DNA from: Nemertoderma westbladi | Lineage: Eukaryota > Animalia > Xenacoelomorpha | Reading direction: 5' to 3' | DNA length: 32,644 nucleotides | Assembly (NCBI GenBank): GCA_032718475.1 | Contig: JAUCBJ010006264.1 | Location: 1-32,644, forward strand | Shown here: positions 9,677 through 19,081 of the stretch, piece after piece | Layout of the letters: the number at the start of each line of letters is the position of its first letter | Position numbering within the stretch: position 1 is the stretch's first letter | The notes under the pieces: model-generated | Databases searched by the model: none | What the model saw: only the letters and a program-made list of their open reading frames with translations | Told to the model about the DNA's origin: nothing | Position numbers and translations under genes: made by a program

Positions 9677-12581
9677 GTGAGTCGGTCCCATAGGCTACAC
9701 AACGGAACCCCAAGAGAGTCGGTCCCATAGGCTACACAACGGAACCCTTGAACCAAGTGAGTCGGTCCCATAGGGTACACAACGGAACCCTTGAACCAAG
9801 TGAGTCGGTCCCATAGGCTACACAACGGGACCCCAAGTGAGTCGGTCCCATAGGCTACACAACGGAACCCATGAACCAAGTGAGTCGTTCCCATAGGCTG
9901 CACAACGGATTCCTTGAACCAAGTGAGTCGGTCCCATAGGCTACACAACGGAACCCCAAGTGAGTCGGTCCCATAGGCTGTACAACGGATTCCTGGAACC
10001 AAGTGAGTCGGTCCCAGAGGCTACACAACGGAACCCCAAGTGCGTCGGTCCCATAGGCTACACAACGGAACCCTAAGTGAGTCGGTCCCATAGGCTACAC
10101 AACGGAACCCTTGAACCAAGTGAGTCGGTCCCATAGGCTACACAACGGATTCCTTGAACCAAGTGAGTCGGTCCCATAGGCTATACAACGGAACCCCAAG
10201 TGAGTAGGTCCCATAGGCTACACAGCGGAACCCTTGAACCAAGTGAGTCGGTCCCATAGGCTATACAACGGAACCCCAAGTGAGTAGGTCCCATAGGCTA
10301 CACAACGGAACCCTTGAACCAAGTGAGTCGGTCCCATAGGCTACACAACGGAACCCTTGAACCAAGTGAGTCGGTCCCATAGGCTAGACAACGGAACCCC
10401 AAGTGAGTAGGTCCCATAGGCTACACAACGGAACCCTTGAACCAAGTGAGTCGGTCCCATAGGCTAGACAACGGAACCCCAAGTGAGTTGGTCCCATAGG
10501 CTACACAACGGAACCCCAAGTGCGTCGATCCCATAGGCTACACATCGGAACCCCGAGTGCGCGGTCCCATAGGCTACACAACGGAACACTTGAACCAAGT
10601 GAGTCGGTCCCATAGGCTACACAACGGAACCCCAAGTGAGTCGGTCTCATAGGCTACACAACGGAACCCTTGGACCAAGTGAGTCGGTCCCATAGGCTAC
10701 ACAACGGATTCCTTGAACCAAGTGAGTAAGTCCCATAGGCTACACAACGGAACACTTGAACCAAGTGAGTCGGTCCCATAGGCTACACAACGGAACCCCA
10801 AGTGAGTCGGTCCCATAGGCTACACAACGGAACCCCAACTGAATGGTCCCATAGGATACACAACGGAACCCCAAGTGAGTCCGTCCCATAGGCTACACAA
10901 CGGAACCCTTGAACCAAGTGAGTCGGTCCCATAGGCTGCACAACGGATTCCTTGAACCAAGTGAGTCGGTCCCATAGGCTACACAACGGAACCCCAAGTG
11001 AGTCGGTCCCATAGGCTACACAACGGAACCCTTGAACCAAGTGAGTCGGTTCCATAAGCTGCACAACGGATTCCTTGAACCAAGTGAGTCGGTCCCATAG
11101 GCTACACAACGGAACCCCAAGTGCGTCGGTCCCATAGGCTACACAACGGAACCCTAAGTGAGTCGGTCCCATAGGCTACACAACGGATTCCTTGAACCAA
11201 GTGAGTCGGTCCCATAGGCTATACAACGGAACCCCAAGTGAGTAGGTCCCATAGGCTACACAGCGGAACCCCTGAACCAAGTGAGTCGGTCCCATAGGCT
11301 ATACAACGGAACCCCAAGTGAGTAGGTCCCATAGGCTACACAACGGAACCCTTGAACCAAGTGAGTCGGTCCCATAGGCTAGACAACGGAACCCCAAGTG
11401 AGTATGTCCCATAGGCTACACAACGGAACCCTTGAACCAAGTGAGTCGGTCCCATAGGCTAGACAACGGAACCCCAAGTGAGTTGGTCCCATAGTCTACA
11501 CAACGGAACCCCGAGTGCGTCGGTCCCATAGGCTACACAACGGAACACTTGAACCAAGTGAGTCGGTCCCATAGGCTACACAACGGAACCCCAAGTGAGT
11601 CGGTCTCATAGGCTACACAACGGAACCCTTGAACCAAGTGAGTCGGTCCCATAGGCTACACAACGGATTCCTTGAACCAAGTGAGTCGGTCCCATAGGCT
11701 ACACAACGGAACCCCAAGTGAGTCGGTCCCATAGGCTACACAACGGAACCCCAACTGAGTGGTCCCATAGGATACACAACGGAACCCTTGAACCAAGTGA
11801 GTCGTTCCCATAGGCTACACAACGGAACCCTTGAACCAAGTGAGTCGGTCCCATAGGCTATACAACGGAACCCCAAGTGAGTAGTTCCCATAGGCTACAC
11901 AACGGAACCCTTGAACCAAGTGAGTCGGTCCCATAGGCTATACAACGGAACCCCAAGTGAGTCGGTCCCATAGGCTACACAACGGAACCCTTGAACCAAG
12001 TGAGTCGGTCCCATAGGCTACACAACGGTACCCTTGAACCAAGTGAGTCGGTTCCATAGGCTATACAGCGGAACCCGAACTGAGTGGTCCTATAGGCTAC
12101 ACAACGGATCCATTGAACCAAGTGAGTCGGTCCCATAGACTACACAACGAAACCCTTGAACCATGTGAGTCGGTCCCATAGGCTATACAACGGAACCCCA
12201 AGTGAGTCGGTCCCATAGGCTACACAGCGGAACCCTTGAACCAAGTAAGTCGGTCCCATAGGCTACACAACGGAACCCTTGAACCATGTGAGGCGGTCCC
12301 ATAGGCTACACAACGGAACCCCAAGTGAGTCGGTCCCATAGGCTACACATCGGAACCCTTGAAAACCAAGTGAGTCGGTCCCATAGGCTACACAACGGAA
12401 CCCTTGAACCAAGTGAGTCGGTCCCATAGGCTACACAACGGAATCCTTCAACCAAGTGAGTCGGTCCCATAGGCTACACAACGGAACCCCAAGGGAGTCG
12501 GTTCCATAGGCTACACATATACAACGGAACCCTTGAACCAAGTGAGTCGGTCCCATAGGCAACACAACGGAACCCTTGAAC
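9647..12581 (+). repeat. Minisatellite B, 43/37-bp unit GGCTACACAACGGAACCC(TTGAAC)CAA|GTGAGTCGGTCCCATA, about 70 copies
   Basis: Direct tandem repeat with GGCT at 9650, 9693, 9730 and onward. The first unit is the end of exon 3 plus its donor site. Confidence 0.97.
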
Positions 12582-12585
12582 TAAT

Positions 12586-12835
12586 TTGGTTTAAATCAAT
12601 TGAATCTGTTGGTTCAACACAGTTGAATTGGTTGGTTCAACTGAGTTGAGTTGGTTGGTTTACGTCACTTGATTCCGTTGTTTAAACCCATTTGGGTCTG
12701 TAGGTTATACTGAATTCGGTTCAACACATTTGAGTTGGTTGGTTCTACTCAGTTGAATGAATAGGTTAATTCAAAGCAGTTGTTTTAGTTGGATAAACTC
12801 GGTTTGAGTCGGTTGATTCGATTCAGGTGGGTGAA
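12586..12835. repeat. Old degenerate ~23-bp tandem repeat, consensus TGGTTCAACTCAGTTGARTYGGT
   Basis: About 10 diverged units between array B and the exon 4 acceptor. Confidence 0.7.
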
Positions 12836-12874
12836 TGTGAAGGTTAATTTAACTTTAGTTTAATTTACCATCAG

Positions 12875-13111
12875 GGCGACTTTGTATGCGATCTGGCATT
12901 GGGTATGGATCTCACCTCGGTAACCAGACGACCCTACACCAGTTCCCAGTGGTCTAGAAGAGGTCCCAGTGATATCCTCTCTGCTGGCAGTATAGAGACT
13001 GAGGCCTTCCATAAACGGCACCAGTTGGACAGTCTAGCGGCGGCTTCCAGCCACGACGGTGGTGTCCTTAGTGATGACAAAGATTATCAGTCAGACGACA
13101 TCGATGCCGAT
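12875..13111 (+). CDS. WDR24: WDR24 coding exon 4
   Basis: Acceptor TTTACCATCAG|GGC at 12874/12875, in frame with ORF 12899. Peptide GDFVCD...IETEAFHKRHQL resembles the WDR24 EAFxxRHxI motif. Probable donor GAT|GTTAGT at 13111/13112 keeps phase 0; this 3' boundary is the least certain. Confidence 0.75.
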
Positions 13112-13371
13112 GTTAGTGTAAACAATGTTTATATATTTTATGTTAGAAGATATTTAGCTGTGATTCTATTCCAACCAATTTATATGTCGGTAAAGTCATT
13201 TTGAAGAATACAAATTAATACGGTGTGTACAAGTTTGTGCACATTGTCTATCCATTGTCCCTGTATAATCAAGTAAGGATGATACAGGGATAAGGTGTTT
13301 ACTCTGTGTTACAAGCACAATGTGATCACCTATAAATAAATAAATCAATTCGTGTGGTTTCCCTCCCGCAG

Positions 13372-13920
13372 GTATTCACCAGCCAGGTTCCGCACTCTGA
13401 TTTCTCGGTCTCCCGGGTGGTTCCAGAATGGGACCCGTCCCCTGTGTTCCAGACCATGTTACACAACTACGTGGACCGGGGCGACATACAGAACGCCGTA
13501 ACTGCCTTGCTCGTAGTCGGGGAACCCTTACTGAAACTAATAGAACCCGATCTCGTAGAATACTGGTTCTCAGAGTACATCGAACTCTTGTTTCGTTTCG
13601 AGTTGCACGTCGAGATGAACCTCGTTGTAACTTTGTGTCCGTTGGTGAGTGTGCAGACACTGAGTCAGGAGAACACATCACAGTCGGCGCAATGCGGTCT
13701 GTGCGTCCGACCGCTGACGCGATGTGGTTGGTACTGTGTCCATTGTAAGGCCCACACGAGTTTGTGCTCCGTCTGTAGACGTCCCGCTAGGGGTCTCTAC
13801 TCCTGGTGTCACGGCTGCGGTCACGGGGGTCACCTGAAACACATTAACGATTGGTTTGTTACCCGGGGCAACCGAGTGTGCGCTACCGGTTGTGGCCATC
13901 CTTGCGTGTTTGTCAGTTGA
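13372..13920 (+). CDS. WDR24: WDR24 terminal coding exon (helical region and C-terminal zinc finger/RING)
   Basis: Acceptor TTTCCCTCCCGCAG|GTA at 13371/13372. Peptide GDIQNAV...WFSEYIELLFRFEL...CGLC...CVHC...CSVC...WCHGCGHGGHLKH...CATGCGHPC, stop TGA at 13918-13920. The five exons total about 795 aa, the usual WDR24 size. Confidence 0.93.
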   Translation, partial: VFTSQVPHSDFSVSRVVPEWDPSPVFQTMLHNYVDRGDIQNAVTALLVVGEPLLKLIEPDLVEYWFSEYIELLFRFELHVEMNLVVTLCPLVSVQTLSQENTSQSAQCGLCVRPLTRCGWYCVHCKAHTSLCSVCRRPARGLYSWCHGCGHGGHLKHINDWFVTRGNRVCATGCGHPCVFVS

Positions 13921-14734
13921 TTCAGGTTTTACTTTAGCTGCCTGTATTGCGCTTGTTGTTATGATGGTGCTATTATTGATGTTTGGCAAATAATATTTTT
14001 TTTAGTAAAATACTAACAGTGAGTTGCAGTGCAAATGAATAATATACTCTTAATTCAGTTTCCTGTCCTGTACCAACAAAAATATGTTATACAAATCTTA
14101 TTTAGGTGGCATAAAATTTAAAAAAAAAAGGGGGGGGGGGGTGTTTGACCTGACTCCCTCTAAAAGGGTGAGTCAGAATTTTTATTTTCGCTGTTAACTA
14201 CAAGCGTTTTATAAAAGTGTCTCCGTATATATTGCACCATCTCACGCCGTAGTTATTCTTCAATTTTATAATGGATTGTTGCAACAACAGTCTTTGTTAC
14301 TCTGTTAAACGTTGTTGGCTGGATTCTAAATCTGTAACACAATTTAATTTACTTTAGAAATGCCCGAGATATGAGAGATCTAGTTTTGCTGACACAATAA
14401 ATGGATATGAACTTCATCAATTTTCCTAAACAATATTAGACGTTTATAATTATTATTAAGCTTTCGGAAACACGATAAATGGATAAAATTTCCGATAGGA
14501 GGTCGCCTTGCAAGTATTCCAAGACTGTAAAGGCATCAGCGTAGATAACTCTAGCTGTTTGAGGGCACTGAATTAAGATACTATTTTACTGTAAAACCTA
14601 ATTTATTCCTACATTTGAAATATAAAATATTGGTATTTAAAATAATAAAAAATATAAAACAATAAATTAGCGGAATAATTTCAGTTTGATATTTTGTTTG
14701 ATCCAGTTTATTTGATTCAGTTTGATTAGGTCTC

Positions 14735-16069
14735 ATGGGTTGGTTACATAAAGTCAATGGGTTGGTTACATAAGGTCAATGGGTTGGTTACATAAAGTCA
14801 ATGGGTTGGTTACATAAGGTCAATGGGTTGGTTACATAAGGTTAATGGGTTGGTTACATAAGGTCAATGGGATGGTTACATAAGGTCAATGGGTTGGTTA
14901 CATAAGGTCAATTGGTTGGTTACATAAGGTCTATGGGTTGGTTACATAAGGTCAATGGGTTGGTTACATAAGGTCAATGGGTTGGTTACACAAGGTCAAT
15001 GGGTTGGTTACATAAGGTCAATGGGTTGGTTACACAAGGTCAATGGGTTGGTTACATAAGGTCAATGGGTTGGTTACATAAAGTCAATGGGTTGGTTACA
15101 TAAGGTCAATGGGTTGGTTACATAAGGTCAATGGGTTGGTTACATAAGGTCAATGGGTTGGTTACATAAGCTCAATGGGTTGGTTACACAAGGTCAATGG
15201 GTTGGTTACATAAGGTCAATGGGTTGGTTACATAAAGTCAATGGGTTGGTTACATAAGGTCAATGGGTTGGTTACATAAGGTCAATGGGTTGGTTACATA
15301 AGGTCAATGGGTTGGTTACATAAGCTCAATGGGTTGGTTACACAAGGTCAATGGGTTGGTTACATAAGGTCAATGGGTTGATTACACAAGGTCAATGGGT
15401 TGGTTACATAAGGTCAATGGGTTGGTTACATAAGGTCAATGGGTTGGTTACATAAGGTCAATGGGTTGGTTACATAAGGTCAATGGGTTGGTTACATAAG
15501 GTCAATGGGTTGGTTACACAAGGTCAATGGGTTGGTTACATAAGGTCAATGGGTTGGTTACATAAGGTCAATGGGTTGGTTACATAAGGTCAATGGGATG
15601 GTTACATAAGGTCAATGGGTTGGTTACATAAGGTCAATTGGTTGGTTACATAAGGTCAATGGGTTGGTTACATAAGGTCAATGGGTTGGTTACATAAGGT
15701 CAATGGGTTGGTTACATAAGGTCAATGGGTTGGTTACACAAGGTCAATGGGATGGTTACATAAGGTCAATGGGTTGGTTACATAAGGTCAATGGGTTGGT
15801 TACATAAGGTCAATGGGTTGGTTACATAAGGTCAATGGGTTGGTTACATAAGGTCAATGGGTTGGTTACATAAGGTCAATGGGTTGGTTACACAAGGTCA
15901 ATGGGTTGGTTACATAAGGTCAATGGGTTGGTTACACAAGGTCAATGGGTTGGTTACATAAGGTCAATGGGTTGGTTACATAAGGACAATGGGTTGGTTA
16001 CATAAGGTAAATGGGATGGTTACATAAGGTCAATGGGTTGGTTACATAAGGTTAATGGTTTGGTTACAC
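14735..16069. repeat. 22-bp minisatellite GTCAATGGGTTGGTTACATAAG, about 60 copies
   Basis: Highly homogeneous direct tandem repeat in the intergenic region. Confidence 0.97.
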
Positions 16070-16884
16070 AATGCCAAATCAAAGGTTAGCTGGCAAATGG
16101 TCAATTGTCTTGTTTACGTGGTTTATAGTAATGATCGCCCATATACACCAATACTATTGTATGGAAACATGATAAAATACATAACAAGTTACAGTAGCCA
16201 CCACATCTTAGGTAACATACTGTAAGTGCCAGGGCCAGTTAATAAACCTTAATTAGCTAAATAAATTGCTATTCACTGGTACTCTTACAATCATGTTGAA
16301 AATAACTGTATCTTATATACAATGCCAGGAATTAGAAGAATAATAACAGGTTTACTAAACTTGCACTTAAGTGCGCGGTTTATCACTGCAATTAAAATAC
16401 ATTGCCTATTCGCACACTATGATGAGTGCCACAATCAAAGAGATAGCCTTAGGCAAAACTCTAATCTGCGTACCAGTATATATCCACACTTATAATGTAA
16501 GGAAGATAGAACCATGTGAGAGTTTGGAGACAGACTTAAATAATTTGTGATTAGATACACAAGATAATGGAATAGAATTACTTTTCTTTTCAAAGGATGT
16601 ATTTTCGCTTCAGGGATTATCTGTCATTCATGTTAACTGAATTAAATGTTGTTATATTTGAAGTAGCGGGTAGTTATTTACTAATTAGTAGCAAAAGTGT
16701 TATTTGCAGCCAAGATAACACAAAGGAAAATGGATTACTATTATTTATCGGGAAGGTATTGGCTACAAGACGTTCACGTGGTATTAATATTCCTGTACTT
16801 TAAATTCCCTCTTAGTTCCGTAATCGCGTAATGTCTCCTCTTATTCAATCAGCACACGTTCTGGAAAATGAAATCTCTCGCCAC

Positions 16885-17655
16885 TGCGGTGGGGGGAAGG
16901 GGGGTGGGGAGTGCAGCCCCCCCCCCCCCGCCTCTCGTGGGGGGAAGGGGAGTGGGGAGTGCAGCCCCCCCGCCTCTGGTGGGGGAAGGGGGGTGAGGAG
17001 TGCAGCCCCCTCCCGCGCCTGTTGTGTTGGGGGAAGGGGGGTGGGGAGGGCAGCCCCCCTCCGCCTGTGGTGGGGGGAAGGGGGTGGGGAGTGCAGCTCC
17101 CCCCGCCTCTGGTGGGGGGAAGGGGGGTGGGGAGTGCAGCCCCCCCCGCCTCTGGTGGGGGGAAGGGGGGTGGGGAGTGCAGCCCCCCCCCCCCCGCCTC
17201 TGGTGGGGGGAAGGGGAGTGGGGAGTGCAGCCCCCCCGCCTCTGGTGGGGGAAGGGGGGTGAGGAGTGCAGCCCCCTCCCGCGCCTGTTGTGTTGGGGGA
17301 AGGGGGGTGGGGAGGGCAGCCCCCCTCCGCCTGTGGTGGGGGGAAGGGGGTGGGGAGTGCAGCCCCCCCCCCCCGCCTCTGGTGGGGGGAAGGGGGGTGG
17401 GGAGTGCAGCCCCCCCCGCCTCTGGTGGGGGGAAGGGGGGTGGGGAGTGCAGCCCCCTCCCGCGCCTGTTGTGTTGGGGGAAGGGGGGTGGGGAGGGCAG
17501 CCCCCCTCCGCCTGTGGTGGGGGGAAGGGGGTGGGGAGTGCAGCCCCCCCCCCCCCCCGCCTCTGGTGGGGGGAAGGGGGGTGGGGAGTGCAGCCCCCCC
17601 CCGCCTCTGGTGGGGGGAAGGGGGGTGGGGAGTGCAGCCCCCTCCCCCCGCCTCG
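16885..17655. repeat. GC-rich ~42-45-bp satellite GCCTCTGGTG(G)nAA(G)nTGGGGAGTGCAG(C)n with G-quadruplex/hairpin potential
   Basis: Roughly 17-18 units of alternating G-runs and C-runs, with three subunit variants forming higher-order blocks. Ends next to TACGCCTATG (17657-17666). Confidence 0.92.
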
Positions 17656-18982
17656 TACGCCTATGAGTGTAGATTAGGAGAAAATACTTCAGGATTGATT
17701 TTGTTTTGCAACTCTTTTAGTTACAGGGTCATTATTAGTATCCTATGATATGATCAAAATAATTCAAAATATACACCATTAGGCAACAATCGGCGCACCA
17801 TTGGAAATTAAGAATATTATTATTTATTTATTTATTCCAACGCCAAAATAAAGCAGATAAGTTTATCTTCCAAATAAGTAGCTTCATTTTTACATGTCGC
17901 ATGTCAGGGTGGGTAGGCTAAATTTGATATGGAAAGAGCTACATTTTTTCATCACTTTTTTTTAATTCCGCGTAGCGAGACCTCTAGTTGTTGTTGTTGG
18001 TGTTATTGTTAATAATTAATTATATATTAGCAATTATTGCCTGTCTGTTGGAGATCGTTTTGTTGCATAATATTTAGCTATAAGATAGTGGTAACGCGAA
18101 TACGATACATGGCACACCAAACAAGGAGTGCATGCATTGTAAAGACAAACTTGGACCTACTCCATAGATAATTAGTAATGTTAATTATATCTGCTAACTA
18201 TTATTAATATAATTAATATGCAAGGTGAAGGTGTTATTTAATATCGGGACACCGTTGCCTAACTAATAAAGTAATGAATGATTCATTTGTCAGCTCTAGT
18301 CCAATCAGATTCAATAAGATTTATTGGCAATGCAATGCCACAAATTATAGTAGATCGAATGGCAACACAATTTCATTATGTTTATACTTCATGACTCCAA
18401 TTAAATACACTGCAACGTCGCACAGCACAATATCTTAACTGTTCCAATCAGAGATTGCCTGGAGCAGACCTCTAATCTGAATATCCACACCCCGCGCGAG
18501 CGCTACCAACCACCTTTAATTCCCTTTAATTCCAAGAATTATTTTGGACCTATAATCGTTGAATACAAGTCCTTCAGCTAGGGATATTTTTTGCTTCGAG
18601 GGTAATTATGTCATCTACGTTTCAAATCCCTTACAATATTAAACGATCAGCGAGAGATTGTTTTCCGCCAACTTTTCATAACAATTTTGTTTAGTGTTCC
18701 AGTACTTGATGAGATAATATAAATGTTTTAAATTTAATTTCAATGATTCCGTTGAAAAAAGATTCAAATATGTTTTAAATTATACATAACGTTTAATATT
18801 ATAATCTGTAATTTTCTCGTTTTTATTACCTTTTATTTTAGGGATAATGTTTTATTTTTAAAGTAATGAAAATATTTTCAACAAATGGGGTCGTTCTGTG
18901 CTGTGCAAATGGGCAACAATAGTGGAATTTACAATTGATGATAATCAGGCTCTTGATATAACTTGAGCTATTCATGATTATA

Positions 18983-18990
18983 TGACGTCA
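18983..18990. promoter_or_regulatory. CRE-like palindrome TGACGTCA upstream of the FReD gene
   Basis: Exact CREB/ATF consensus about 90 bp upstream of ATG 19082. An 8-mer can occur by chance. Confidence 0.25.
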
Positions 18991-19081
18991 TTTACAGAAC
19001 AATTTTATTTGACTTCCATATTGTGAATGGATATGACACTAATAATGTAATCGAGGTAGTTTGATACTCGATATCACCACA

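Noticed and set aside
9652-11172. Minus-strand ORFs (GVPLCSLWDRLTW repeats)
   Set aside because: They are translations of minisatellite B on the antisense strand.
2745-12581. CRISPR-like appearance of 28-43-bp repeats
   Set aside because: Units are head-to-tail with no unique spacers, there are no cas genes, and the context is a spliced eukaryotic gene.
14735-16069. 22-bp satellite as a third splice-donor array or a telomeric repeat
   Set aside because: No convincing exon adjoins it on either strand, the donor match (AG|GTCAAT) is weak, and it is not a TTAGGG-type unit.
16831-17748. Gly/Pro-rich ORFs in three frames
   Set aside because: They are by-products of a stop-free G/C satellite with variable homopolymer lengths and no consistent frame.
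18450-18530. tRNA/SINE-like head on the minus strand (GGTGGTTGGTAGCGCTCGCG)
   Set aside because: No B-box or cloverleaf could be built.
19061-19081. TTG start given by the ORF track
   Set aside because: In a eukaryotic gene the in-frame ATG at 19082, with A at -3, is the more plausible start; an upstream exon cannot be excluded.
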